NCBI GenBank assembly: GCA_014360685.1
Contig: JACIXB010000006.1
Location: forward strand, 31,078 to 95,077
Length of the DNA: 64,000 nucleotides
DNA from: Actinomycetota bacterium
Lineage (GTDB): Bacteria > Actinomycetota > Geothermincolia > Geothermincolales > RBG-13-55-18
Direction: 5' to 3'
Part shown: one piece after another, positions 28,057 to 37,688 of the stretch
How positions within the stretch are numbered: position 1 is the stretch's first letter
How the letters are laid out: every line of letters begins with the position of its first letter
Position numbers and translations under genes: made by a program
The notes under the pieces: model-generated
Databases searched by the model: none
The model's input: the letters and a program-made list of their open reading frames with translations, nothing else
Told to the model about the DNA's origin: nothing

Positions 28057-28506
28057 CTACACCCTTGGCGGGGACTCGATGAGCAAGGTAACCGGGCCGT
28101 CGTTTACCAGTTCCACCTCCATGTGGGCCCCGAAAACCCCCTTGGCGGGAGGGAACCCGGCGGCCGCGAAGGCCTCGCAGACCTCCTCGTAAACCCGTTC
28201 CGCCACCTCGGGCGGTGCCGCCTCCACGTAACTCGGCCTCCTTCCCTTGCGCGCGTCCCCGTAAAGGGTGAACTGGGAGACCACCATCACCTCTCCTCCC
28301 TTCTCGGCCAGGGAGAGGTTGAGCTTTCCCTCCTGGTCGTCGAAGATGCGCAGGTTTATGGTCTTGCGCACGATGTAATCCACGTCCTCGCGGGTATCGC
28401 GGGTGGAAACACCCAGAAGCACCAGGAGACCGGGCCCGATGGAGGACACCTCCCTGCCCTCCACCCGGACCGCGCATCGGGAGACCCTCTGGATAAGCGC
28501 CCTCAT
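28057..28506 (-). CDS. dtd: D-aminoacyl-tRNA deacylase
   Basis: MRALIQRV..., SQFTLYGD, NDGPVT motifs. The ATG at 28506 has a GGGAG SD. The maximal ORF starts at 28521. Confidence 0.9.
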   Translation of the reverse strand: MRALIQRVSRCAVRVEGREVSSIGPGLLVLLGVSTRDTREDVDYIVRKTINLRIFDDQEGKLNLSLAEKGGEVMVVSQFTLYGDARKGRRPSYVEAAPPEVAERVYEEVCEAFAAAGFPPAKGVFGAHMEVELVNDGPVTLLIESPPRV

Positions 28507-28854
28507 CTTCGACTCCCACACTGCTCCAGGATAGATTCTATCCCGCCTCCAAGATCATTCCGGCCGGATGGGACCTCCGGCCACGGCCTCGCCTTTCCTC
28601 TTCTCCCCGAGATGGCAAGGGCGACGACGCCCGATTGTCCTTGACCTCCGAACCCCGCCCTTGCGCCAAGGTCCTCCTCCCGGCACGCCTCGTGCCGTGA
28701 TCTCCCTTTGGAGCGATGACACGCTTTCCGCACCGGGTACCGCTCGGCGGCCGCGCGAGGTCTGGATTCCTCCAGCATTTCCCTTCCGCCCCTACCCCCG
28801 CTTTCCCCGATATCGGCGCCGCTCCGCCAGCCCTTCATCGCCGCGGGGGAAGCA

Positions 28855-31014
28855 TCAGGCCCCGGGAATCACGCGGTAGGCGCTGAAAACCGAGTCCACC
28901 TTGCGGATATTACGCAGGATGTCTTCCAGATGGCTGATATTGGCCAGCTCGAAGACGAAACGGCTCACGGCCACGTTCTCCCGGTTGATGTTCATGGTGG
29001 CGGTGAGGATGTTCACGTGGTACTCCCCCAGGACGGTGGTTATGTCCCGCAGGAGCCTTGGTCGGTCCATGGCCTCCACCCGTATCTCCACCTGGAAGCT
29101 GGTGGGTTGACGAGTATCCCAGCTCACCTCTATGCGGCGATATCCGTTCTCCAGCATGTGGCAGGCGTTGGGGCAGTCGGCGCGGTGGACGGATACCCCG
29201 CGGCCCCGTGTCACGAAACCCACGATGGGGTCGTAGGGCACCGGGTTGCAGCAGTGGGCGATACGCACCAGCACGTTGTCCACGCCCTCCACCCTCACCC
29301 CCTTGGTGTAGGCGGGGGGTTTGCGGCGGCGGCGGGGAGTGGGCGGCGGCGCCTCCTCGCTTATCCCCAGCCTGTTCTGGAGGTGGTTCACCACCTGCTG
29401 GGCGGAGGTCTTGCCGGCTCCTATGCTGGCGTAGAGGTCCTCCGCGGAGGTGAAACCGTATTCCTGGGCGGCTATCTCCTCCAGGAGGTGGGAACCCAGG
29501 ACCTTCTGGACCGGCAGCTTGGCCTTGCGTATGGCCTTGACCAGTACCTCCTTCCCCTCCTGGAGATCCTCCAGGCGCCGCTCCTTGGAGAACCACTGCC
29601 GGATCTTGGTCCTGGCCCGGGCCGTCTTGACGATGTTCAACCAGTCCTTGGAAGGCCCGGGAGGGGTGTTGGAAGTGATGATGGTCACGATATCCCCGTT
29701 GCGGAGGTTGTACTCCAGGGGGACGATGCGGTCGTTGACCTTGGCTCCCACGCAGCGGTGGCCCACCTCGGTATGGATGGCATAGGCGAAATCGATGGGG
29801 GTGGACCCCCGCGGAAGGTCTATGACGTCCCCCTTGGGGGTGAAGACGAAGACCTCGTCCTGGAAGAGGTCGATTTTCAGGTTTTCCAGGAATTCCTTGG
29901 GATCCGAGAGCTCCCTTTGCCACTCCACGATGCGCTTTATCCAGGCCAACCTCTCGCGAACCCGTTCATGGGAGCGCCCTGCTTCCTTGTACCTCCAGTG
30001 GGCGGCGATGCCGAATTCCGCGTTACGATGCATTTCATGGGTACGGATCTGTATCTCCAGGGGGCGTCCCTGGGGCCCCATGACCGTGGTGTGCAGGCTC
30101 TGATAGATGCCGAAGCGCGGCTGTGCGATGTAGTCCTTTATGCGCCCGGGAACCGGCTGCCAAAGGGAGTGCACCATGCCCAACACGGTGTAGCACTCCT
30201 CCTTGGTGTTCACCAGGATGCGCACTGCGAAGAGGTCGTATATCTCGTCAAACTGCTTACCCCGCTCCTTCATCTTGGTGTAGATGCTGTAATAATGCTT
30301 CACCCGCCCCTCGATCTCCGCCTTGATGTGCGACTGGCGCAGGTGGGCCTGAAGCTCCTCTTTTACCTCCTCGATGTACCGCTCCCGCTCGGGACGTCGC
30401 TGGTCCACCATCTGGACGATCTCCTGGAAACGCAGGGGGTACAGGGTGGCGAAGGCCAGGTCCTCCAGCTGCCACTTGAGCTGGGATATGCCCAGGCGGT
30501 GGGCCAGGGGCGCGTAGATCTCCAGGGTCTCGCGGGCCTTCTCCTTCTGTTTCTCCTCGGACAGGTGCCCAATGGTCCTCGTGTTGTCCAGGCGGTCGGC
30601 CAGCTTTATGATCACCACCCGGATATCCCGAGCCATGGCCACGAACATCTTGCGGAAGTTCTCCGCCTGCATCTCCTCGCGGTTGCGGAAGGATAGCCGG
30701 TCCAGCTTGGTCACTCCGTCGATGATCTCCGCTACCTCCGGCCCGAACTTATCCCGCACGTCGTCCAGGGTGATCTCCGTGTCCTCTACCACATCGTGCA
30801 GGAGGGCCGCCGCCAGGGTCGTCTCGTCCATCTGCAGGTCGGCCAGGATATGGGCCACCCCCAGGGGATGGAGGATGAAATCCTCCCCGCTCTTCCTTAA
30901 TTGCCGGGCATGGTAGGTCCGGGCGAACTCGTAAGCCTCCCGGATGAGGCGGGTGTCGCTCCTGCCGTTGTATGCCTTGACCTTGTGGACCAGCGAATCT
31001 ATGGACGGAGACAA
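28855..31014 (-). CDS. relA: Bifunctional (p)ppGpp synthetase/hydrolase
   Basis: 719 aa. HD hydrolase domain (HDVVEDT), RelA/SpoT synthetase domain, TGS and ACT domains. TTG start. Confidence 0.95.
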   Translation of the reverse strand: MSPSIDSLVHKVKAYNGRSDTRLIREAYEFARTYHARQLRKSGEDFILHPLGVAHILADLQMDETTLAAALLHDVVEDTEITLDDVRDKFGPEVAEIIDGVTKLDRLSFRNREEMQAENFRKMFVAMARDIRVVIIKLADRLDNTRTIGHLSEEKQKEKARETLEIYAPLAHRLGISQLKWQLEDLAFATLYPLRFQEIVQMVDQRRPERERYIEEVKEELQAHLRQSHIKAEIEGRVKHYYSIYTKMKERGKQFDEIYDLFAVRILVNTKEECYTVLGMVHSLWQPVPGRIKDYIAQPRFGIYQSLHTTVMGPQGRPLEIQIRTHEMHRNAEFGIAAHWRYKEAGRSHERVRERLAWIKRIVEWQRELSDPKEFLENLKIDLFQDEVFVFTPKGDVIDLPRGSTPIDFAYAIHTEVGHRCVGAKVNDRIVPLEYNLRNGDIVTIITSNTPPGPSKDWLNIVKTARARTKIRQWFSKERRLEDLQEGKEVLVKAIRKAKLPVQKVLGSHLLEEIAAQEYGFTSAEDLYASIGAGKTSAQQVVNHLQNRLGISEEAPPPTPRRRRKPPAYTKGVRVEGVDNVLVRIAHCCNPVPYDPIVGFVTRGRGVSVHRADCPNACHMLENGYRRIEVSWDTRQPTSFQVEIRVEAMDRPRLLRDITTVLGEYHVNILTATMNINRENVAVSRFVFELANISHLEDILRNIRKVDSVFSAYRVIPGA

Positions 31015-31319
31015 ATCCTTCCTCCCGTCTTCACCCCGTCCGGCTTAAACGGGTAACGGTTATCCTAACTCGATAGTGCCACAAGCCCGAGGGGTAAGGG
31101 AAGGAGTCAAGAGACACCTTTTGTCGCGGAACGGGCGCCGCCCACCGGTCAATATCCAGCCAAGCCCTCTTTCCGCCGGCCGCGGAACCTGGCCTGGAGG
31201 GATGGGAAATACCGCCGCCACGGAGATCTGCGCCCTTCCAGGAAGGGTTAATCCCTCGTCCAAGGTAGTAGACCGATGCCCCCTGTTTTACTCTTGGCAA
31301 TCGACGGGCGGCCCGGCGC

Positions 31320-32498
31320 CTACTTCTTCTTTTTCTTTTTCTTCTTCTTCTTGCCGCCCGAGGGGCCTTTGGTGGTGGCCTTCTTACGGGGTGCACCGCT
31401 CCCTACTTTGGCCGGGGCGGCCTTCACCGCCCGCTGGTCCTCCCCCCCACCGGATCGGGCATCCGCGGCCGCCGGTTCCGACTCCGCCCTCTCCGCCAAT
31501 GCGACGGGCTTGGTGATCAGGATGGCCTCCCGGGCTCCCTTGACGTCCACCCTCTCCCGCACCGCAGCGTAGCGGGGTTCCCTCTCCTTCCACATGGCCA
31601 GGAGGGGGCTGGCGATGAAGATGGACGAGTATCCGCCCAGGAGCACCCCCAGGAAGAGGGCGAAGGCGAAATCCTTGAGCGTCTCCCCCCCGAAGACCAG
31701 GATGGTGATGATGGGCAGGAGGGTGGTGAGGGTGGTCCCGATGGAGCGCATGAGGGTCTGGTTGACGCTCTCGTTGACGATGCCCGAGAAGGTCACCCTC
31801 CCGCTGCGCGCCAGTAAATTGGTATTTTCTTCCACCCGGTCGAAGACCACGATGGTGTCGTAGAGGGAATAACCCAGGATGGTCAGGAAGGCGATCACCG
31901 TGACCGGCGTGACCTGTCTTTGAGAAAGGGCGTAGATACCCACCGTGATCAGGGTGTCGTGGATCAGGGCGGCGATGGCCGTCACCGCCATCTTGAATTC
32001 CAGGCGCAGGGTGATGTACACCAGGATGACGGCCAGGAAGACCACCAGGGCGATGACCGCCTTCCGGCTCACCTCGCGCCCCCATTCCGATCCCACCTGC
32101 TCCTCCTGGAGGACCTCCGCTATGCCGTACCTCCGTTCCAGCTCCTGATTGATACCCTCCACGACCTCCTTCCGGGCTGCGGAATCCTCGATGTAGGGCA
32201 TGCGCAGGATGAGCACATGGTTATCCTCCGACGCCTGCACTATGGACTTGTCCACACCCGGGGCCCCGGTGCCCGCCAGTATTCCCCGTACCTCCCCCAC
32301 GTCGGCGGGCCTCTCCAGGCGCATCTTCACCAGGTACCCGCCCTTGAACTCGATGCCCAGGTTGAGCCCCAGCACGGCCAGGGCCACCACGGAGATGACG
32401 ATGAGCGCGGCGGAGAACCCGAACCAGTAGATATTGGGAGGTGAAAAGGCCTTCCCGCCGACCAGGTTGTACTTGACCTCCCGGCCACGGATGAACAT
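31320..32498 (-). CDS. secF: Protein translocase subunit SecF with C-terminal extension ending in ten lysines
   Basis: SecF core with 6 TM. An extension of about 90 aa ends ...GPSGGKKKKKKKKKK. Confidence 0.9.
   Translation of the reverse strand: MFIRGREVKYNLVGGKAFSPPNIYWFGFSAALIVISVVALAVLGLNLGIEFKGGYLVKMRLERPADVGEVRGILAGTGAPGVDKSIVQASEDNHVLILRMPYIEDSAARKEVVEGINQELERRYGIAEVLQEEQVGSEWGREVSRKAVIALVVFLAVILVYITLRLEFKMAVTAIAALIHDTLITVGIYALSQRQVTPVTVIAFLTILGYSLYDTIVVFDRVEENTNLLARSGRVTFSGIVNESVNQTLMRSIGTTLTTLLPIITILVFGGETLKDFAFALFLGVLLGGYSSIFIASPLLAMWKEREPRYAAVRERVDVKGAREAILITKPVALAERAESEPAAADARSGGGEDQRAVKAAPAKVGSGAPRKKATTKGPSGGKKKKKKKKKK
31323..31352 (-). other. Homopurine tract encoding ten consecutive Lys codons (AAG x4, AAA, AAG, AAA, AAG x3) immediately before the secF stop
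   Basis: Read directly from the sequence (plus strand cttcttcttttt ctttttcttcttcttctt). Confidence 0.9.
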
Positions 32499-33886
32499 CA
32501 GCCCTCACCCCCCAGGGCCTCCCTGCCCACCCCGACCAGGCGCGGCCGGTTATAGGCCGAGAGCCTGGATAGGAGCAGCACGGCGTGGCGGGTGAAGAAA
32601 TAGGAGATGAAGACGTCCAACAGGGTGGCCAACCCGAGGGTGAAGGCGAAACCCTTCACCGGGCCCATGGCCAGTATCCAGAGGATGAAGGCGGTGATGA
32701 AGGTGGCGGCGTCCGCGGCTATGATGGTGCGGAAGGCGGACTTGTAGGCCCGGTCGGCCGAGGCGCGCACCGTCTTCCCTTCCCGCACCTCCTCCTTGAG
32801 TCTTTCGAAGAAGACCACGCTTGAGTCCGCGGATATGCCGATGGAGACCACCACACCGGCGATACCCGCCAGGGTGAGGGACCAGTGCAGGTATCGCCCC
32901 AGCAAGGTGATGATCCCGAACATGAGGAGGCCGAAGATCACCAACGAAAAGCAGGTGACGATGCCCAGCAGGCGGTAGACGGCGAGCATGAACAGAGCCA
33001 CCAGGATGAGCCCCACCAGCCCGGCGATGAGCCCCTGCCGCAGGGAATCCCTTCCCAGGGTGGCGCTGACGTTCTCCACCAGCGGGTTGGGGTCGAACTC
33101 CACCGGCAGGGCCCCCATCTTGAGGACCATGGCCAGATCCCGGGCCTCCTCGCGGGTGAAGTCACCGGTTATCTCTCCCCGGCCGTCGGTTATCTCCGAC
33201 TGCACGGTGGGAAAGGACTCCAGGTTGTAGTCGAGCACTATGGCCAGCTGCTTACCCAGAAGTTCCTTGGTCAGGGCGGCGAACTCCGGTGCCGCCTCGG
33301 AGATGAGCTGGAAGACGATCTTGTAGCCACCCCTCTCCTGGTCCACGGCGGCCTCGGCGGTATCGATGATGTCTCCGGTGAGGCGGGTGGGCCCCAGGCG
33401 GACCTTGATAATTTCACCGTTCTTTTCCTCCTTCTCCAGCACCACCTCCTGGTCCTTGAGAGCCTGGTAGGCCTCCGGGTCCTCGGGGTTGACCGGCGTG
33501 ACCTCCGTGGTCTCGTAGTTCTCGCTCCCCGGGGTGATGATCTCCAGCACCTCCCGGAACTGCAACTGGGCGGTGCTGCCGATGATCCTGAGTACCCGGT
33601 CCGGGTCCTGCTCCCCGGGGATCTGCACCAGGACCCGGTTGTTGCCCTGGGGGGCGACCACCGGTTCCGTGAGACCCAGGGCGTTGACCCGGCGCCGGAC
33701 GATCTCGGCGGCTTTTTCCATCTTGGCCGCGTCCGCCTCTCCCAACGCCTGCAGGGTCACGCTGATCCCACCCTGCAGGTCCAGCCCCAGGCGGGGTCCA
33801 TATCCACCCACCAGGATGGGCACGAACAGGCCCAGAAGTATCAGGGCCACAACCAGCAGCATCCAAAAGGACCTTCCGGCCTTCAA
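32498..33886 (-). CDS. secD: Protein translocase subunit SecD
   Basis: 462 aa. N-terminal TM, periplasmic P1 domain, C-terminal 5-TM SecD/F core. Its stop overlaps the secF start. Confidence 0.9.
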   Translation of the reverse strand: MKAGRSFWMLLVVALILLGLFVPILVGGYGPRLGLDLQGGISVTLQALGEADAAKMEKAAEIVRRRVNALGLTEPVVAPQGNNRVLVQIPGEQDPDRVLRIIGSTAQLQFREVLEIITPGSENYETTEVTPVNPEDPEAYQALKDQEVVLEKEEKNGEIIKVRLGPTRLTGDIIDTAEAAVDQERGGYKIVFQLISEAAPEFAALTKELLGKQLAIVLDYNLESFPTVQSEITDGRGEITGDFTREEARDLAMVLKMGALPVEFDPNPLVENVSATLGRDSLRQGLIAGLVGLILVALFMLAVYRLLGIVTCFSLVIFGLLMFGIITLLGRYLHWSLTLAGIAGVVVSIGISADSSVVFFERLKEEVREGKTVRASADRAYKSAFRTIIAADAATFITAFILWILAMGPVKGFAFTLGLATLLDVFISYFFTRHAVLLLSRLSAYNRPRLVGVGREALGGEG

Positions 33887-34154
33887 CGCCTACCTCCCGC
33901 TATCCATGAAGGTCACTCTTTCCCATCGCGAAGACGCGGGGCCTCGCTAGATGATCCTGTCCCGGCGGGACCCGGATCGGTATCGAAACCGTGCGGGGGA
34001 GAGCCTCGCTGCGCCGTGATCGGGCATATCCTCGTGGTCACGGCCCCTGGATAAACGCGGCACCACCTTCCATCCCGGTCTGATGGGGCAGGTCATCCTC
34101 GGGATAAACCAGGGACGGTCCGCCGGTCTGGTTCTTCCCCCACTCGCTTCCGCT

Positions 34155-34547
34155 TCAGCCTTCCTCGTCCCGCTTCTCCGACTCCTCGCGTTCCTCGGGG
34201 GACCCTTCCTCGGACTCCTCTCCGGCCTCCTCGTCCTGTTCGTGAGGGGTGAAGATCTTCACGATGGCGTTCTTGGCCACCCGGATGTCCACGTCCTCGG
34301 CCACCTCCAGGAGGACGGTGTCCTCCTCCACCTCGCTGATGGTCCCGTAGATCCCAGCCGAGGTCATCACCTCGTCACCCACCCGGAGGCTCTTCATGAG
34401 CTCCATCTGCTGCCGCATGCGCTTCTGCTGGGGACGGATGAGCATGAAATAGAAGAGCACGATCAGGCCGGCGATGAAGAGGATGGATATCCACCCCGTC
34501 GAACCCTCTTGCGCCAGCAGGGGTATGGATGCGTAAAGGACGTCCAT
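34155..34547 (-). CDS. yajC: Preprotein translocase subunit YajC (acidic C-terminal tail)
   Basis: ILFIAGLIVLFYFMLIRPQQKR...VGDEVMTSAGIYGTI signature. The ATG at 34547 follows a GGAAGGAAGGTG SD. The maximal ORF (34622) would overlap tgt. Confidence 0.8.
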   Translation of the reverse strand: MDVLYASIPLLAQEGSTGWISILFIAGLIVLFYFMLIRPQQKRMRQQMELMKSLRVGDEVMTSAGIYGTISEVEEDTVLLEVAEDVDIRVAKNAIVKIFTPHEQDEEAGEESEEGSPEEREESEKRDEEG

Positions 34548-34588
34548 CTGCACCTTCCTTCCCATAAATTTCCAGAACCTCTCCGGCC

Positions 34589-35713
34589 TCAGGAAGGCTG
34601 CCTGCCGCTCCAGCCCTCCCATTCCCGGATTAACTCCAACATTCTACCAGCCCCTATCGCCCGCCTGCAATCAAGGAGCAGTCGGTGCATGAAAGCCAGG
34701 TTGTGCCAGGTCAGCATGCGGTGGGCCAGCATCTCGTTCACCCGGTGTAGGTGGCGGAGGTAGGCGCGGGAGAAGCAGGTACAGGCCGGGCAGGGACATC
34801 CCTCCTCCAGGGGCCTGTGGTCGCGGGCGTGACGGGCATGGCGCAGGTTAAGTTTCCCCTGCCGGGTGAAGGCCACCCCCGTTCGGGCCATCCGGGTGGG
34901 CAGGACGCAGTCGAAGAGGTCCATCCCCAGGGATACCGCCTCCAGTAGGCCTTCCGGGTCCCCGATGCCCAGGAGGTGGCGGGGCCGGTCCTCGGGTAGG
35001 ATGGCCGACTGTACCTCCAGACAGCGAAGCATCACCTCCCTGGGCTCGCCCACCGAGAGGCCCCCGATCCCGTATCCCGGGAAGTCCAGGGAGGAGGTCA
35101 ACTCCGCGCTTCTCGCCCTCAGATCCGGGTAGGCGCCCCCCTGCACGATGCCGAAGAGGGCCTGCCCGCCGACGGTGTGAGCCCGGAGCGACCTCTCCGC
35201 CCAGCGCAGGGTGGTCTCCACCGACCTCTCCACTTCCTCGCGGGAGGCGGGGTAGGCCACGCAGTGGTCCAGGACCATGGCGATGTCCGATCCCAGTTCC
35301 TCCTGCACGCGAACCGCCAGCTCCGGGGTGAGGAAATGTTCGCTCCCGTCGTACACGGAACGGAAGCGTACCCCGTCATCCTCCACCTTTAGGGTGGGAG
35401 ACAGGGAGAAGACCTGGAACCCCCCGCTGTCGGTGAGGATGGGTCCCTCCCAGCCCATGAAGGCGTGCAAACCCCCCGCCTCCCTGACCACCTCCACCCC
35501 GGGCCGGAGGTATAGATGATAGGTATTGGCAAGGATCATCTGGAAGCCGATCCCCGCCACCTCCCAGGGGGCCATTGACTTCACCGCCCCCCTGGTGCCT
35601 ACGGGGAGGAAGGCGGGGGTAACCACCTCGCCCCGCGGGGTGATGAGCCGGCCCACGCGGGCCATGGTGTTCGGGTCCCGTCCCAGGATCTCGAACCGCA
35701 AAGAGTCCTCCAT
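34589..35713 (-). CDS. tgt: Queuine tRNA-ribosyltransferase
   Basis: TPAFLPVGT, DSGGFQ and zinc motif CPCPAC. The ATG at 35713 gives 374 aa. The maximal ORF starts at 35776. Confidence 0.95.
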   Translation of the reverse strand: MEDSLRFEILGRDPNTMARVGRLITPRGEVVTPAFLPVGTRGAVKSMAPWEVAGIGFQMILANTYHLYLRPGVEVVREAGGLHAFMGWEGPILTDSGGFQVFSLSPTLKVEDDGVRFRSVYDGSEHFLTPELAVRVQEELGSDIAMVLDHCVAYPASREEVERSVETTLRWAERSLRAHTVGGQALFGIVQGGAYPDLRARSAELTSSLDFPGYGIGGLSVGEPREVMLRCLEVQSAILPEDRPRHLLGIGDPEGLLEAVSLGMDLFDCVLPTRMARTGVAFTRQGKLNLRHARHARDHRPLEEGCPCPACTCFSRAYLRHLHRVNEMLAHRMLTWHNLAFMHRLLLDCRRAIGAGRMLELIREWEGWSGRQPS

Positions 35714-35796
35714 CCTCCCACTCCTCGGCCCGTCCCTCCCAAACCGTGCCTTCGCCCCGAATCGGGTGGATACCACCGGGTTCGTTCAGCCGGATC

Positions 35797-36864
35797 TTAC
35801 CGGAAACCGATCGCCGGGGGACGCCACCCGTGGGGGTAATGAAAATAGCAGGCGTCACCGAAGCTCAGGAACCGGTACCCCTGCTCCACCGCCTGGCGGT
35901 AGGCCTCCAGCACCAGCTCCCGCCCGGCAAAGGCGCTGACCATCACCAGGAGGCTGGAACGGGGGAGGTGGAAATTGGTAAGCAGGCAGTCCACCACCCG
36001 GAAGCGGTATCCGGGGTATATGAAAAGGTCCGTCGTGCCCTGGAAAGGCCGGAGCTCGCCGGATGAGGCGGCGCTCTCCAGGGCCCTGGCTACCGTGGTG
36101 CCCACGGCGATGACCCTCTTGCCTTCCCTTCGGGCGGCGCTCACCCGCCGGCACACCTCCTCCCCCACCTCCACCTCCTCGCTGTGCATGCGGTGCTCCT
36201 CCACCTCCCGGCAGGCAAGGGGTCGGAAGGTGTCCAGGCTGACCTCCAGGCGCAGGAAGGCCAGGCGCACCCCCCGGGAACGCAGGGCCTTCAGGGTTGC
36301 CGGGGTAAAATGAAGTCCCGCCGTGGGCGCGGCGGCCGAACCCGTGCCCCGGGCGAAGACGGTCTGGTACCTCTCGGGATCCTTCAGGCGTGCCCGGATA
36401 TAGGGTGGGAGGGGTACCTCTCCCAGCCTTTCCACCGCCTCCTCCACCCCGCCGGCCAAGCCGGTCTCCAGCCTCACTCGCACCAGGCCCTCGCCCCTCC
36501 TCTCCACTATCTCGGCCATCAACTCCCCGGCGCCGAAGGATATCCTGCTCCCCTCCCGCAAGCGCCTGTAAGGCCGGGCCAGGGCCTCCCAGGTTCCGTC
36601 CTCCGAGGGACGCAGCAAGAGCAGCTCCGCCTGCCCACCGCTCCCCTCCTTGACACCCAGGAGACGGGCCTTGCGCACCCGGCTCTCGTTGAACACCATG
36701 CAGTCCCCTTCTTCCACCAGGGAAGGGAGCTCCCGGAAAGTCCGGTGCTCGATGACCCTCGACTCGCAGTCCACCACCAGCATCCGCGACGCCTCGCGGT
36801 CTTCCAGTGGTTCCTGGGCGATGAGCTCCTCCGGCAGGTGATAATCGAAGAGGTCCACGCGCAT
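35797..36864 (-). CDS. queA: S-adenosylmethionine:tRNA ribosyltransferase-isomerase
   Basis: 355 aa. MRVDLFDYHLPEELIAQEP and PLPPYI motifs. Confidence 0.95.
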   Translation of the reverse strand: MRVDLFDYHLPEELIAQEPLEDREASRMLVVDCESRVIEHRTFRELPSLVEEGDCMVFNESRVRKARLLGVKEGSGGQAELLLLRPSEDGTWEALARPYRRLREGSRISFGAGELMAEIVERRGEGLVRVRLETGLAGGVEEAVERLGEVPLPPYIRARLKDPERYQTVFARGTGSAAAPTAGLHFTPATLKALRSRGVRLAFLRLEVSLDTFRPLACREVEEHRMHSEEVEVGEEVCRRVSAARREGKRVIAVGTTVARALESAASSGELRPFQGTTDLFIYPGYRFRVVDCLLTNFHLPRSSLLVMVSAFAGRELVLEAYRQAVEQGYRFLSFGDACYFHYPHGWRPPAIGFR

Positions 36865-37040
36865 CCCGGGTTCACATCCTCGTCCTTATGGGCGGCCGTC
36901 ATGCCCCGATTATGGGCGGCCGGGACACACCCGCTTCTCGACGCCCGTCCCGGTCCTCCGCCTTTTCCCGCTCGCCCCTACCCGCCACCCCTTTCCCCAC
37001 ATGCCGAGGAAGGCGCTGGGAGGCCTGGAAGGGTGAGTCC

Positions 37041-37667
37041 TCAATCTTCGGGCGCCACGTGAGGCGATCGCCCGCCCCTGCCTCCGAGGCTCTCCGGCGG
37101 CTTTTCTTTCCTGCCCTTCAACCTCTCCCGGTAAGAGCGGTCGTACCTCTCACGCTCGCTCAGGAGGCAGCCGCAGTAGGGTTGGGTATACATGCCCCTC
37201 TCCCGGGCCTCGGAGAGCATCTCCCGGTAGACCACCCTACCATCCCATACTACGAATTCCAGCCCCCGGCTACGGGCAATGGAGGTGCCCAGGAGCTCCA
37301 AAAGGGCGTGGTCCTGGTGCGGGCTGGCGAAGAGGGTGGTGGAAAGGGCCTCCATCCCCTCCTCCAGGGCGAAATCCGCCGCCCGCCTCAGGCGCAGGCG
37401 GTAGCAGATTTCGCACCGACTCTCCTCCCGGTAAGCCACTGCCCTTAACCATTCCTCCGGTTCATAGGCCAAAACGGTGTACGCGGAGCCCGTCTCCGCC
37501 ATGAGCTCCTCGAAGGCCGCCAGCCGGCTGCGGTACTCCCGGTAGGGATGGATGTTGGGATTGTAGAAAAGGTAATGGACCTCTCGGTCTCCGGCATCCA
37601 GGATACGCTGCGCCACCAGAGCACACGGTCCGCAGCAGGTGTCCAGGAGTAGGCTGTCCCGGCCCAT
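37041..37667 (-). CDS. queH: Epoxyqueuosine reductase QueH (DUF208)
   Basis: 208 aa. CCGPC at the N-terminus and a conserved QPYCGC motif. Adjacent to queA-tgt. Confidence 0.75.
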   Translation of the reverse strand: MGRDSLLLDTCCGPCALVAQRILDAGDREVHYLFYNPNIHPYREYRSRLAAFEELMAETGSAYTVLAYEPEEWLRAVAYREESRCEICYRLRLRRAADFALEEGMEALSTTLFASPHQDHALLELLGTSIARSRGLEFVVWDGRVVYREMLSEARERGMYTQPYCGCLLSERERYDRSYRERLKGRKEKPPESLGGRGGRSPHVAPED

Positions 37668-37688
37668 GCCTCCGTCACTTCCCTCCGC

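Noticed and set aside
28503-28838. A 111-aa minus-strand ORF in the relA-dtd spacer, and similar ORFs at 39069-39305, 27793-28032 and 31031-31396.
   Set aside because: They have Arg/Gly-rich low-complexity composition, no RBS and no recognisable domain. They are treated as non-coding spacer.
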